This document shows, piece by piece, positions 1-10,289 of a stretch of DNA of 64,000 nt. The DNA lies in the IMG/VR virus record IMGVR_UViG_3300031910_000003, positions 4,702 to 68,701 of that record; one strand, 5' to 3'. The notes below the pieces were generated by a model. That model was not told the origin of the DNA and made no database searches. It worked only from the letters and a program-made list of their open reading frames with translations. The stretch is from a virus (Duplodnaviria; Caudoviricetes). Each line of letters begins with the position of its first letter. Within the stretch, counting starts at the first letter, position 1. Both the position numbers and the translations under genes were made by a program.

Positions 1-2
1 GC

Positions 3-758
3 TCTTTTGTCTTGCGTAGCTATACGACCGCGGTCGGCTGTGTCCTCAATTCGGTGTCGATAGTTCCGAGCACGACCAATGGCGCCGCCAAATTCAAGTC
101 ATGCGCCTATGCGGACAGTTCCGGTGTGCCCGGTTCCTTGCTCGCCACCGGCACCGAGGTCGTCGGCTGTACGAGCGGCACTACGCTGACCAGCAGCTTT
201 TCGAGCCCGCCGAGCTTGTCGGCGAGCACCAAATACTGGATCGGCTTCATCAACGATAGCGCCATCAATGCGCAAGAGAGCGACACCCACAATTTCGGGT
301 GCGGCAAGTCCAACACCTATGCCTCGGGGCCGCCAAACCCAGCCGGCACGATGACCTTCAACCAGGGGTCCTATCTGATTTGGGGCAACGTCAGCAGCAC
401 CGGGGTCAATTGGTACGAGGTCGATGTCAACCCGCCGCCCGGCGACCTCTCCTATGTCTCGGACAGCACGTCCGGGCACGAGGACCTCTATTCGTTCCCG
501 GCGCTGACGGTGACACCGCAAACCATCTACACGGTGGGGGTCAAAGGCTACATCAAGAAATCCGACAGCGGCGCCCGCACGGTCAGCCTCGTGATGAGCT
601 CAAGCGGCAGCAGCGGCACCGGCAGCAACAGCGGTGTGACACCCGCCACCAGCTATGGCTGGATCGACTCCTACTTTGACACCGATCCCCACACCAGCTC
701 GGCGTGGGGCCAAACCGGCCTCAACAGCGCGACATCAGGCGTCGAAGTCGCCTCATAA
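3..758 (+). CDS. Virion structural protein, C-terminal part (start upstream of window)
   Basis: Frame open from the window edge; S/T/G-rich beta-type sequence at the head of the tail gene run. Confidence 0.6.
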   Translation, partial: SFVLRSYTTAVGCVLNSVSIVPSTTNGAAKFKSCAYADSSGVPGSLLATGTEVVGCTSGTTLTSSFSSPPSLSASTKYWIGFINDSAINAQESDTHNFGCGKSNTYASGPPNPAGTMTFNQGSYLIWGNVSSTGVNWYEVDVNPPPGDLSYVSDSTSGHEDLYSFPALTVTPQTIYTVGVKGYIKKSDSGARTVSLVMSSSGSSGTGSNSGVTPATSYGWIDSYFDTDPHTSSAWGQTGLNSATSGVEVAS

Positions 759-767
759 GGAGCGGCA

Positions 768-1100
768 ATGGCGACGAACGCGGATGTTGGCGGCGTCGTC
801 CGCGAGGTCCTGGTCGAGGACACGACTGATAAAGTCATTGTCGGCGGCGTCGTCCGCGAGGTCCTGGTCGAGGACACGACTGATAAAGTCATTGTCGGCG
901 GCATCGTTCGCGAAGTCCTGGTGGTGGACGTGCCGGACCGCTTTGTGCTGGTGCCACGCTGGGCGCGCCGCATGCCGTGGCTCGAAGAACCGGAAAACGA
1001 CCCGGATTTTGAAGCCTTGGCACTGATGCGCCACCGACGCAGCGTCGCCATCGGGCCGGCGCAAAAACACCTGCGCCCGTACCTGCAGATCAATAGCTGA
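768..1100 (+). CDS. Small virion-region protein with VGGVVREVLVEDTTDKVI repeats
   Basis: AAGGAG RBS before ATG; internal 18-aa repeat. Confidence 0.7.
   Translation: MATNADVGGVVREVLVEDTTDKVIVGGVVREVLVEDTTDKVIVGGIVREVLVVDVPDRFVLVPRWARRMPWLEEPENDPDFEALALMRHRRSVAIGPAQKHLRPYLQINS
789..930 (+). repeat. 54-bp tandem repeat, about 2.6 copies
   Basis: ggcggcgtcgtccgcgaggtcctggtcgaggacacgactgataaagtcattgt at 789 and 843; degenerate third copy at 897. Confidence 0.95.
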
Positions 1101-1167
1101 ACTCGCTGAAACTCGCTGAAGCAGCCGGGCGGCCTTGGGCCGCCCTTTTCTTTTCAAGGGGCCCGCA

Positions 1168-1482
1168 ATGAGTCTGTTTTACATCACTGAATACGAGAAC
1201 GTCGTGTTCGACGCGCGCGGCGAGTCGGTATTGGCGCCGGAGGAGCCGGCACTGGTCGACCAAACGCCAATCGATTTCTCCGATGGCCTGGCGCATCCGA
1301 GTGCCGTGTTCAATAGCAAGACGCGCTACGTGATGATCCACACCGACGCGATCTGCTCCTACACCGTCGGCTACAGCCCGCAAGCCACGGTTCTCAATCG
1401 TCGGATGGCAACCAGCGAGACCCGGTTCTTTGGGTTGAAGGCAGGCGGCGGGCTCAGCCTCTCCGTCATCAGGAACGCGTAG
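1168..1482 (+). CDS. Hypothetical phage protein
   Basis: MSLFYITEYENVV...; AAGGGG RBS. Confidence 0.7.
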   Translation: MSLFYITEYENVVFDARGESVLAPEEPALVDQTPIDFSDGLAHPSAVFNSKTRYVMIHTDAICSYTVGYSPQATVLNRRMATSETRFFGLKAGGGLSLSVIRNA

Positions 1483-1492
1483 GAGAGCCACG

Positions 1493-2146
1493 ATGATTGG
1501 ATCACGTGGCGTGACGCCGCCGGATGTCGTCGCCGGGCTTGGGGTCCTCGCCGATCTCTTAAAGAACATCGACCCGACTTTGCTCGGGCGCCTCGAGGAA
1601 CTGAAGGCCGAGGAATACCGGGTCGCGACCAACGGGCAAGCGCTGGCCTCGGCCGAGGCCGAGCACCGCGAGCGCACTCGGATCCTCGAGCAGCGCAAAG
1701 GCGAGCTCGATCAGCGTGAGGCCGGCCTCGTCGAGCGCGAGCAGGCCTGCGCGGCGAGTGCGGCCGAGACCGCACGCCGGCAGGCGAGCTTTAACGACCA
1801 GGCGCGAGAACTGCGGGAGCGCGAAGCCGCCTTGGCCGCTGAGCGCGAGAAGCTGGCGCAGAGCGCGCGCGAGTTTACCGAGGGTTGCAGCGCTAAGCGT
1901 ACCGAGCTCGCCGGCGAAAAACAGGCGGCCAAGGACGAGATCGCGCGCCAGCGGCAACAGGCGGCGACTGCGGCACAGGAAGACGAGGCGACCCACGCCG
2001 CCAACATCCGGCGCATGCACGAGGTCGCCGAGGGCGAGATCGCCCGCCAGCAGCGCGAGCTGGTGCAGCGCGAGGCGCAGCTTGGCGAGCGCGAGCGCGC
2101 GATCAACGAGCGCGCCGCCCAGCTGCGCGCGGTGCTCGGCGCCTGA
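1493..2146 (+). CDS. Coiled-coil protein
   Basis: E/R/A/Q-rich heptads; GGAG RBS. Confidence 0.7.
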   Translation: MIGSRGVTPPDVVAGLGVLADLLKNIDPTLLGRLEELKAEEYRVATNGQALASAEAEHRERTRILEQRKGELDQREAGLVEREQACAASAAETARRQASFNDQARELREREAALAAEREKLAQSAREFTEGCSAKRTELAGEKQAAKDEIARQRQQAATAAQEDEATHAANIRRMHEVAEGEIARQQRELVQREAQLGERERAINERAAQLRAVLGA

Positions 2147-2171
2147 CCTTTCCCTTTGATGGAGTAACCCG

Positions 2172-2507
2172 GTGACTATCGAGAAAGAATTCTTCGTCCT
2201 GCTGGTTCATGGCGAGGGCGACCGCGATCACGTCAATCATCTGGCGCGCCACCGCAGAAACTTCGAGCTGTCGAATTTCGCGCGCCTCAATCCTGGCCAG
2301 CCTTTGCCGGCACGTCTGACCGCAGAGCCTGACGAGCAGCCCGATGTGACGGTGCTGTTGCAGGACCCGGATCTACCCAGCGGGCGACCGACCGAATGGA
2401 CGGTGCGCACTTGGGACGAGATCGAGGCCTGGAAGGCGCTCATCGGCTGGGATCCCGAAAAACGGCATTGGCGGCACGGCGCCAAGGTCAAGCTGGCAAT
2501 CGCCTAA
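2172..2507 (+). CDS. Hypothetical protein
   Basis: GGAG RBS, GTG start, operon context. Confidence 0.65.
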   Translation: MTIEKEFFVLLVHGEGDRDHVNHLARHRRNFELSNFARLNPGQPLPARLTAEPDEQPDVTVLLQDPDLPSGRPTEWTVRTWDEIEAWKALIGWDPEKRHWRHGAKVKLAIA

Positions 2508-2522
2508 CTCCGGAGCTTTTCG

Positions 2523-2996
2523 ATGTCTTCAGCACGTACTTACACGGTCAATTTTCGCGCCGTCTCGGTTTCGGCGGTGCAGGATTTGTGCTGCGCCTAT
2601 GCCGGCGCCAGCATGGCTATCGAGGTGGTCTCGATCACATTGGGGCAGATCACGCAGACCTCGGTTGAGGAATGCGCGATCTCGATCAAGCGTCTGCCGG
2701 CGACGGTGTCGACCGGCTCGGGCGGCTCGGCGATGACGCCGACACCCGATGTCGACACCGACGCGGCGGCGACCTTCACCGCGCGGATCAACGACACGAC
2801 CGCGGCGACCACCAGCGGCACCGCGATCTATCCGCATGTCGACGTGTGGAACCAGGTCAACGGCTACCAGTGGATCTTCCCGGAGCGCGCGCGCCCGAGC
2901 TGCAAGCCTTCCGAGGCACTGTCGTTTTCCCTCGACGGTGCACCAGCAGCCGCGCGCACCTGCAGCGGCTCAATGAAGATTCGCGAACTCTATTAA
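2523..2996 (+). CDS. Putative virion protein
   Basis: S/T-rich; GGAG RBS; operon context. Confidence 0.6.
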   Translation: MSSARTYTVNFRAVSVSAVQDLCCAYAGASMAIEVVSITLGQITQTSVEECAISIKRLPATVSTGSGGSAMTPTPDVDTDAAATFTARINDTTAATTSGTAIYPHVDVWNQVNGYQWIFPERARPSCKPSEALSFSLDGAPAAARTCSGSMKIRELY

Positions 2997-3002
2997 AACG
3001 CG

Positions 3003-4022
3003 ATGACGACGGTCACCGTCTACCGCTCGAGCGACGCCAGCGCCCCGTCCCTGACGGGGCAAGCTGGCGGGCTGATCACCGTGCTCGACGCTTGCCTGGT
3101 CAATGGCTACGGCTCGCAGGCCAACGCGGGCTGGACCAAGAGCTTCTCGGGCACCAACAAGGCGGCCTACCGCAACAGCGCCACCGACGGCACCGGCTTC
3201 TATCTGCACATCGACGACACCGGCACCAACAACACGGCCAAAGAAGCCTTGATGACCGGCTTCGAGACGATGAGCGGTATCGACACCGGCACCGGGCAGT
3301 TTCCGACCGCCGCACAGGTCAACCTCTTTGCCGGCAGTGTCACTGGCGGCGTGGTCTGCCGCAAGTCGACGACCGCCGACTCGACCGTGCGCAACTGGAC
3401 CTTGGTCGCCGATGACACTGTCTTTTACTTCTTTGCCGAGACCGGCGATGTCACCAACCCGGTTGCCGCTTACTCGTTCTCATTCGGCGACATCTTTTCC
3501 TACAAATCGAGCGATGCCTATCGCTGTCATATCAACGGCCGCGCACAGGCCAATAACTCCAACACGACGAACGATGTTTGGGGCACATTGGTCAACCCGA
3601 ATAGCGGCACCTCGCTCGCCACCCAGCAGGCCGGCCATTACATGCCGCGGACCTGGACGGCCGTCGGTGGCTCGATCCAGGTCGGCAAGCACAGCGATGC
3701 CTTCAAATTGGGGGTCGGGACCAACAACAGTTCCTATGGCTACGGCGCGGCCGTGACCTACCTCCCTTATCCCAACGGCCCCGATGGCGGGCTTTATCTC
3801 GCCCCGGTGTGGATCCACCACACCAATGCGGTGCGCGGCTACTTCAAAGGCCTCTGGTGCCCGTGCCACTACCTGCCGCTCAACCACAACGACACCTATT
3901 CCGGCACCGGCAATCTCGCTGGCAAGAGCTTTGTCGTGCAAAACATCATCAGTAGCTCCCCGGGCAGCAACCTTGTCGTTGGCGGGCAAGTCCACATCGA
4001 GACCTCGTCGACCTGGTCATGA
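3003..4022 (+). CDS. Tail-associated protein
   Basis: N-terminus VYRSSDASAPSLTGQAGGLITVLDACLVNGYG resembles proteobacterial phage tail-fibre-region proteins. Confidence 0.65.
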   Translation: MTTVTVYRSSDASAPSLTGQAGGLITVLDACLVNGYGSQANAGWTKSFSGTNKAAYRNSATDGTGFYLHIDDTGTNNTAKEALMTGFETMSGIDTGTGQFPTAAQVNLFAGSVTGGVVCRKSTTADSTVRNWTLVADDTVFYFFAETGDVTNPVAAYSFSFGDIFSYKSSDAYRCHINGRAQANNSNTTNDVWGTLVNPNSGTSLATQQAGHYMPRTWTAVGGSIQVGKHSDAFKLGVGTNNSSYGYGAAVTYLPYPNGPDGGLYLAPVWIHHTNAVRGYFKGLWCPCHYLPLNHNDTYSGTGNLAGKSFVVQNIISSSPGSNLVVGGQVHIETSSTWS

Positions 4023-5578
4023 GCCTGGGCGCGACGAACTTTGACAGCGGCTATAAGTCGGCAAACATCCAGCTCTTGAACGCCGGCCCGTTGCTGGCGG
4101 TTTCCAATGTCACGTCGGGGCAGGCCGTCACGACGCGCAAGATCCCAGCCCAAAAAGTCTATTGGGAGATCGTGCCGGCAACGCTGGTGGTTTATCCGGT
4201 TGTCGGCTTTGACGGCACTGCCGGCAACCAGGCGACACTCAAGACCGCCTCGGCCGATTTCTCATTCACCGTGCCGAGCGGTTTCTCGGCGTGGGACTCG
4301 AGCGCCGGGACGTTTTCGACCACCAACGTCGGCGCCGGCGTCACGCTGAGCAATGGCAACAAGACTGCGGCCGCTGCTGCAGCCGGTGGCGTCGCCTACG
4401 GCTCGACCGGGCATTCCTCGGGCAAATGGTATTTCGAGATCAATGTCGACGCCCGCACCACGGCGAGCTACCACAACATGGAGATCGGGATCGGCACACC
4501 GCCGCTGACCTCGACCGACATGACCCATTCCGGCGCGAATTGCTTTGCGGAGCAGGAAGACGGGGCGATTGCCTACAACTCGGGTGTCGCGTCCAGCACC
4601 AGCAATATTGGCGTGTGGGCTGTCAACGACCGGGTCTGCGTCGCGGTCGATCTCACCGCTGGCAATTGGTGGATACGACGCAATGGCGGCAACTGGAATG
4701 GCAGCGGCACCGCCAACCCGGCGACCCCGCTGGGCCAATCGAGTGCGGCCGGCATCGTCCCGGCAACGACGATCGCCGATGCCATCGGCTTTGCCAATGT
4801 CTCGCTGAGCACCTCGAGCGGCACCTTGCTCGGTGCCGACGCCAACGCGGTGGGCTATCGCGGGTCGACCGGGGTGGTGGCGCTGAACGGCTCGACGCTC
4901 TCGACCATCCAGACGCACACCTTGGGCGATGTGGTGCAGGTCGCCGCCGACCTCGGCATGCAACTGGTGTGGTTCAACGTCAACAATGGCAACTGGAACA
5001 ACAACGCCGCGAATAGCCCCGCGTCGGGGACCGGCGGGATCTCTTTCTCAACCATGACCTGGGGCGAGCTGTTGCCTGCCGTCGGCCTATCAATCGGCGT
5101 GCAGGCGACGGGCAGGTTCACATCGGGCAGCCAATCATTCGCTGCACCAAGCGGCTTTTCGGCATTGGATAGTGCCACAGTAACGACCACTCCCGCCGAG
5201 CTGTGCTCGGCGTCGCCAACTCATGACGGGCCGGCGCGGCAGGACCCGGTGACGACCACGGCGCAACGCGATCCGTGGGCGACCGCTGCCGGCGCGTGGT
5301 ACGGGATCAGCAACAACACGCCGAACACCGCGGTCAAGATCTGGTCGTCAGCGGCGACGGCAACCCACGTCTCGGGCTTTGTCTACGAGAACGGCGTGGG
5401 CGTCAAAAAGACCGTGCGGCTCTACGACCACACCGACGGCACCTTTCTCGGTGAGACGACCAGTGCCGCCGATGGCTCCTACTCGATCCCCGCACTCGGC
5501 CGCACCAACGTGCTGGCGGTCGCGTTCGACCCGACGACCTTCAATGCCATCTGCTGGGACCAGGTAACGCCGGTCTAA
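4019..5578 (+). CDS. Tail fibre/receptor-binding protein with two SPRY-like domains
   Basis: [27 protein letters not shown] and [31 protein letters not shown] motifs; C-terminal [21 protein letters not shown] module. Confidence 0.7.
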   Translation: MSLGATNFDSGYKSANIQLLNAGPLLAVSNVTSGQAVTTRKIPAQKVYWEIVPATLVVYPVVGFDGTAGNQATLKTASADFSFTVPSGFSAWDSSAGTFSTTNVGAGVTLSNGNKTAAAAAAGGVAYGSTGHSSGKWYFEINVDARTTASYHNMEIGIGTPPLTSTDMTHSGANCFAEQEDGAIAYNSGVASSTSNIGVWAVNDRVCVAVDLTAGNWWIRRNGGNWNGSGTANPATPLGQSSAAGIVPATTIADAIGFANVSLSTSSGTLLGADANAVGYRGSTGVVALNGSTLSTIQTHTLGDVVQVAADLGMQLVWFNVNNGNWNNNAANSPASGTGGISFSTMTWGELLPAVGLSIGVQATGRFTSGSQSFAAPSGFSALDSATVTTTPAELCSASPTHDGPARQDPVTTTAQRDPWATAAGAWYGISNNTPNTAVKIWSSAATATHVSGFVYENGVGVKKTVRLYDHTDGTFLGETTSAADGSYSIPALGRTNVLAVAFDPTTFNAICWDQVTPV

Positions 5579-5615
5579 CTCCCCTTTCGACCATACCAGC
5601 GGCAGGAGTAGTGCC

Positions 5616-7604
5616 ATGGCCGTCTGGCATACCCGCGACAATTCGACGGTCGCGACCGACATCTTGGCTTTGACCCTCGGCAATATTGGCTGGTCGGCGA
5701 TGACCGGCTGGGCGTCCGGTGTGTCGACCCCGCCCGGCACCTTGATCCGGCAAAGCGCGGGCAACGCGCAGTTTACCGCCAGTCAATCGACAACGACGCT
5801 CACCGTGACCGCCGTCACGTCGGGCACGATCTACGTCGGGATGCACCTCAACCCGCCGAGCGGCGCCAACGAAACGATCACCGCACTGGGCACCGGGACC
5901 GGCGGCGCCGGCACCTATACGGTCGGCACTTCGCAGACCATCAGCAGCGGCACGTTCAACGGCGGTTTGCTGGCCGGCAACGAGCGCGCCTTCGCGGCCA
6001 TCCAGTCGGCCACGCACAACACCGGCTCGACCGAACCCAACTGGACGCTGACCGCGGGTGCGAAGACCACCGACGGCTCGGTCACCTGGATCGAGGTTAC
6101 CGGGCAAGCGGGTGTAAACGGTAACCTCGGCGACTGCCCGAACTGGACGTCGGTCAAGAACACCAGCCCCGGCCAGGGCACGCTCATCCAGAACAACGCC
6201 GGCTCGATCCTGCTGATCCAGACCTCGGCGGGCGGCACGACCGGCAACGGCGCGGAGCCGTCGTGGAACACGGCGGCGGGGGCGACGACGACCGACAACA
6301 CGGTCACCTGGACCTCGCTCGGGGCGGTCGGCAATTTTGGCGCCTGGGCAGCACCCCATGCGCGGATGGTAACTGCGTTCACCGCCGGTTGGGGTGTGGC
6401 CGGTGACATCTTCTATGCCGGCGACGATCATGCTGAACTCAAGCAAGCCACCAGCACCAACTCACCGCCCGGCTCCGCCGCGTCGCCCAACTTCATCTAC
6501 TCGATAGACCACACCGCGGCGCTGCCGCCGGGCTCCGCCAACCTGAAGGCTGGCGCCTCTATAGCGACGCAGGGCAGCAACACGGTCTCGGTCAACCAGA
6601 GCGGCAATTCCTACTGGTATGGCTTCACCTTCAGCGCCGGCTCGGGCAGCAGCAGCACCTGCCCCGTGACGATCGGAGCGTCGGGGACCTGGGTCAAGCT
6701 CGACTCCTGCAATCTCAAGCTCAACACCACCGGCACGTCCAACGTAAACATCCAGGTGGGGGGCACCAACCTCGTGGAGCTGGTCAACACGACCATGACC
6801 TTTGGTGCGGCGGGCCAGCTCTTCTTCCCCGAGTCCAGCGGCCGGCTGATCTGGCGCAACACCCCGAACGCGATCCGCGGGACGGCGCCGACGCAGTTGG
6901 TAGCGAGCAGCGTGACGAGCGCGGGCCTGTTCATCTGCGAGGGCGTCGACCTGAGCGCCGTCACGGGGACGCTGATCGGCAACGCGGGCGGCCTCAACGT
7001 CTCTCTGGTCGACTGCAAGATCGCGGGCGGCGTGACGATCCAGGCGACCCAAACCATCATCTCCGCCTCGTGGACCGACGTCATCCGCTGCGATAGCGGT
7101 GCCACCAATTACCATCAGCGCCGCTACTGGTATCAGGGGACACTGCAGGAAGAGACGACGATCGTGCGCACCGGCGGCGCCAGCGATGGCACGACGCCGA
7201 TCAGTTGGAAGATCGTCACCACCGCGAATTCAAGATGGCTCTTGCCGTTCGAAGCCTTCCCGATGTCGATCTGGAACAGCCGCACCAATGCCAGTCTGAC
7301 GGTCACCGTCTATGGCATCTGGGGCGGCGGTGCGGTGCCCAACAATGACGACATCTGGTTCGAGGTCGAGTACCTCGGCTCGACCGCCTCGCCGCTGGCG
7401 TCATTCGTCAACAACACCAAGAGCAACAATCTCGCGACCGGCGCGGCGCTGTCTTCGGACAGCAGCACCTGGGGCGGCAGCACAACCGCCTTCAAGATGG
7501 CGGTGACGTTCACACCGCAGATCGCCGGCTATCTGCGCGTCTATGTCAAAGCGGCCAAGGTGTCGTCGACTTTTTATATCGACCCACTGCCCGTGCTGAG
7601 CTGA
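5616..7604 (+). CDS. Large tail/virion protein
   Basis: 662 aa, G/S/T-rich; repeated TG.TEP.W....G..TTD..VTW modules resembling carbohydrate-binding repeats. Confidence 0.65.
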   Translation: MAVWHTRDNSTVATDILALTLGNIGWSAMTGWASGVSTPPGTLIRQSAGNAQFTASQSTTTLTVTAVTSGTIYVGMHLNPPSGANETITALGTGTGGAGTYTVGTSQTISSGTFNGGLLAGNERAFAAIQSATHNTGSTEPNWTLTAGAKTTDGSVTWIEVTGQAGVNGNLGDCPNWTSVKNTSPGQGTLIQNNAGSILLIQTSAGGTTGNGAEPSWNTAAGATTTDNTVTWTSLGAVGNFGAWAAPHARMVTAFTAGWGVAGDIFYAGDDHAELKQATSTNSPPGSAASPNFIYSIDHTAALPPGSANLKAGASIATQGSNTVSVNQSGNSYWYGFTFSAGSGSSSTCPVTIGASGTWVKLDSCNLKLNTTGTSNVNIQVGGTNLVELVNTTMTFGAAGQLFFPESSGRLIWRNTPNAIRGTAPTQLVASSVTSAGLFICEGVDLSAVTGTLIGNAGGLNVSLVDCKIAGGVTIQATQTIISASWTDVIRCDSGATNYHQRRYWYQGTLQEETTIVRTGGASDGTTPISWKIVTTANSRWLLPFEAFPMSIWNSRTNASLTVTVYGIWGGGAVPNNDDIWFEVEYLGSTASPLASFVNNTKSNNLATGAALSSDSSTWGGSTTAFKMAVTFTPQIAGYLRVYVKAAKVSSTFYIDPLPVLS

Positions 7605-7619
7605 TCGGGGCGATAGGCG

Positions 7620-9068
7620 ATGGCTTATTCGCCGCAATGGTCGGTCCTCTTCGAGGAGTCCGACGAGGAATTCTTCCCGGTCAGACGCCGCTTTGCCCGG
7701 GTTCCTCCGGCGCTTGCTCCGTTCACCCGCGCGTCGCCCGGCAAGTATCTGGTGCCGCCAGGTAACGACGTCTGGTTCAACTTCGCCGGCACGGCCTACA
7801 CGGCACCCGCCGGCAACAAGACCAATTTCAATTTTGACACGGCGCGGCAAGCGCTCACGGTCGGCTTTCTGTCGCCGAACTTTGTCGTCGAGACGGCGCC
7901 GCGCTCGGCGATCCTGCCGGGCACGTATGTCGTCGAAGAGACGATCCCGCCACCGACACCCGCACCGCTGCCGCCACCGCCGGCCCTCCAAAAGCCGTGG
8001 CACCACATGGCGCGGTTCGAGGAGGAGGAACCCGAGTGGCGGCCGCCGCGGCTCGGCTTTGTCGTTCAGCCGCCGGGCAAGCACAAAAAGCATCACGTCG
8101 TCGTCCTGATGGACGAGGAGCGCGCGCGCTACGAAGAGGACGAGATCCTCGTCGTCTACGCTCAGCGCAAATTCGCGCCGCGAGCGCTGGCGGTCCCGCA
8201 CATCAAGCCCTACCACCATGTCGCGCGGATCGAGGAGCCGGACCCCGATTGGGCGCCACTGGTCCGGGGTGCCGCGCAGGGCCCCCAGCCGACGCCGCCG
8301 CGGCAGAGACCGTGGCACCACTTCCTATGGCTCGAGGACCTCGAGCCTGACCCGGTTCCTGCCCGGCGCCAGGCGGCGATCGCACCGCTGGCCGCACCGC
8401 CGCGCTACCGGCCGTGGTGGCACAGCATCCTGCACGAGGAGACCGAGCTCGCCGAGGCCTTCCCGGTGCGCCTGTTCACCCCGGCACCGGCGCTGCCGCC
8501 GGCCGCCTCGGCAGCGGCAGCAGCACTGCACCGCTTCCTCGAAGAACCCGACGAGGCCCAGGCCTTTCCGGTGCGGCCTTCGGCGCCGCCCGTGGTGGCG
8601 GTGCAGATCACGCCGTGGTGGCGCATCGCCTGGCGCGAAGAGGCCGACGAGGCCGAGACCTTCCCGGTGCGGCCTTCGGCGCCGCCCGTGGTGGTGGTGC
8701 AGATCACGCCGTGGTGGCGCATCGCCTGGCGCGAAGAGGCCGACGAGGCCGAGACCTTCCCGGTGCGCCTCTTTACGCCGGCACCGGCGTTGCCGCCGGT
8801 CGCCTCGGCAGCGGCAGCAGCACTCCACCGCTTCCTCGAAGAACCCGACGAGGCCCAGGCCTTTCCTGTGCGGCCTTCGGCGCCGCCCGTGGTGGCGGTG
8901 CAGATCACGCCGTGGTGGCGCATCGCCTGGCGCGAAGAGGCCGACGAGGCCGAGACCTGGCTGCCGCACCCGGCCGGCTCGTTTGTCGGGGTGACACCGC
9001 CGCCACCGGCGGCGCGCATCCACGACACGCTGTTCATCGCCAATCTCGGCCGCTTCATGAACCGGTGA
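7620..9068 (+). CDS. Pro/Glu/His/Trp-rich repeat protein
   Basis: 482 aa; recurring PW(H/W)..EE motifs and near-exact DNA repeats. Confidence 0.7.
   Translation: MAYSPQWSVLFEESDEEFFPVRRRFARVPPALAPFTRASPGKYLVPPGNDVWFNFAGTAYTAPAGNKTNFNFDTARQALTVGFLSPNFVVETAPRSAILPGTYVVEETIPPPTPAPLPPPPALQKPWHHMARFEEEEPEWRPPRLGFVVQPPGKHKKHHVVVLMDEERARYEEDEILVVYAQRKFAPRALAVPHIKPYHHVARIEEPDPDWAPLVRGAAQGPQPTPPRQRPWHHFLWLEDLEPDPVPARRQAAIAPLAAPPRYRPWWHSILHEETELAEAFPVRLFTPAPALPPAASAAAAALHRFLEEPDEAQAFPVRPSAPPVVAVQITPWWRIAWREEADEAETFPVRPSAPPVVVVQITPWWRIAWREEADEAETFPVRLFTPAPALPPVASAAAAALHRFLEEPDEAQAFPVRPSAPPVVAVQITPWWRIAWREEADEAETWLPHPAGSFVGVTPPPPAARIHDTLFIANLGRFMNR
8460..8957 (+). repeat. A-B-B-A-B internal repeat (A=105 bp, B=96 bp)
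   Basis: A at 8460 and 8757; B at 8565, 8661 and 8862; near-identical DNA. Confidence 0.9.
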
Positions 9069-9074
9069 GGCGCA

Positions 9075-9542
9075 ATGGACGAAAACCCCTGTGGCAGCTG
9101 CCACGCCTGCTGCGACCGCCTCGAGGTCGCCGATCTCGAGCCGCCAAAGCCGTTTCTGGTGCGCTGCCCGCATGTCCAGGTCGGCTGCGGCTGCGAGATT
9201 TACCCAAACCGACCCGAGAGCTGCCGCGTCTTTGCCTGCACCTGGCTGACCAGCCAGAGCGGCCGAGGGCCGAACGGCGAGGCCTGGGACCGGATGGCGC
9301 CCGAGCTGCGGCCCGACCGCTGCGGTGTGATCTTTGCCCCGATCGACGAGTTTGAGCCCGGTTACCGGCTGCATGTGCACGTCGATCCGAAGCGGCCCGA
9401 CGCGTGGCGCCGCCGGGACGTCAAGCGCTGGCTCGAGCGCATCGTCACCCGCGGGATCACCGTCGTCCTGCGTGTCGGCCACAAGAGCACCGTGCTGCGC
9501 CGAGATCTCCCCAACATGCGCCGCCGCCCTCCCGCGGCGTGA
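9075..9542 (+). CDS. CxxCxxCC (YkgJ/FliB-like) cysteine-cluster protein
   Basis: CGSCHACC...C..Y..RP.SC..F.C.W motif. Confidence 0.75.
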   Translation: MDENPCGSCHACCDRLEVADLEPPKPFLVRCPHVQVGCGCEIYPNRPESCRVFACTWLTSQSGRGPNGEAWDRMAPELRPDRCGVIFAPIDEFEPGYRLHVHVDPKRPDAWRRRDVKRWLERIVTRGITVVLRVGHKSTVLRRDLPNMRRRPPAA

Positions 9543-9560
9543 ACTCCGCGAGAGAAGCCC

Positions 9561-9758
9561 ATGAAGATCGAGTCCTGGTCCAGCAGCGAAGACAAGCGGC
9601 GCTGGAAGATCGTCCGCACCGACAATTACACCGATGTCCCCGGCGAGATCGTCTGCGCCGACGAGGTGACCGGGGAGTGTTCCCTGCATGTCGGCGGCGA
9701 GACCAAGACGCTCAGCTTTGGGCCGGGCGGGATCCGCATTGTCGGGAGGGGGCGATGA
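9561..9758 (+). CDS. Hypothetical protein
   Basis: 65 aa; ATGA coupling to next gene. Confidence 0.6.
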   Translation: MKIESWSSSEDKRRWKIVRTDNYTDVPGEIVCADEVTGECSLHVGGETKTLSFGPGGIRIVGRGR

Positions 9759-9985
9759 ACACGAGCGAGCCGCGCCCCGGCAACACCCACGACAAGGTCG
9801 AGCTCGACCAGTTCTACGAGCTGCGAGCCGAACTGAGGACGCATGCGGCGACCGACCAGCTGCAGTTCGAGACGATCAAGGAAAAGCTCACCGAGATCGG
9901 CAAGATCCTCAACCGGATCAGTTGGGCGGGCTGGCCGATCGCAATCGGCGTCTTGACCCTGCTCTACCACACCTTCGCCAAATGA
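9755..9985 (+). CDS. Coiled-coil protein with C-terminal TM helix (XhlA/holin-like)
   Basis: ISWAGWPIAIGVLTLLY hydrophobic end; GGAGG RBS. Confidence 0.5.
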   Translation: MNTSEPRPGNTHDKVELDQFYELRAELRTHAATDQLQFETIKEKLTEIGKILNRISWAGWPIAIGVLTLLYHTFAK

Positions 9986-10031
9986 CGCCCTAGCGCAGGT
10001 CTTTCGCGGGGTCGACCCCGCGCATTAAGCT

Positions 10032-10078
10032 CCGGCCCGGCTCCCTCGACATGGGGGAGTCGGGCCGGTCTTTTTTTG
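10032..10078 (+). terminator. Rho-independent terminator ending the structural operon
   Basis: ccggcccggctccc / gggagtcgggccgg stem followed by a T-tract. Confidence 0.85.
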
Positions 10079-10091
10079 TGCCCTGGGGGGA

Positions 10092-10289
10092 ATGACCGTC
10101 GATCAAGTGCTCTTTATCACCGCCGCGCTGATGACCATGGACTGGCTGTGGTTCACGCTCGCCGGCGGGCTGATGATTTGGCTGATCCTCTGGGCACTCT
10201 GGTCTGGCAGATCAGCCGGCAGCGGCTTGCGGCGGAAGTTCCGCCGAGGATGGCGTCGCAGTTCGGCGGGCGCGCGCGGCACCAATTGA
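10092..10289 (+). CDS. Small membrane protein
   Basis: Hydrophobic N-terminal half, Arg-rich tail, GGGGG RBS. Confidence 0.5.
   Translation: MTVDQVLFITAALMTMDWLWFTLAGGLMIWLILWALWSGRSAGSGLRRKFRRGWRRSSAGARGTN

Noticed and set aside
2150-2165. TTCCCTTTGATGGAG upstream of 2172 as a + strand leader-motif copy
   Set aside because: The CTTCCGA core is broken by several mismatches; treated as an ordinary RBS
3003-9068. Diversity-generating retroelement or invertible tail-fibre shufflon
   Set aside because: No reverse transcriptase, no TR/VR pair with A-specific mismatches, and no inverted gene halves or adjacent invertase
5541-9689. Long antisense ORFs (5541-6446, 7401-8321, 8325-9689 and similar, e.g. 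61682-63874)
   Set aside because: Arg/Ala/Gly-rich shadow frames typical of high-GC coding DNA, opposite better-supported genes
9561-10289. Complete lysis cassette
   Set aside because: Only small TM proteins are present; no recognisable endolysin or spanin motifs in the window
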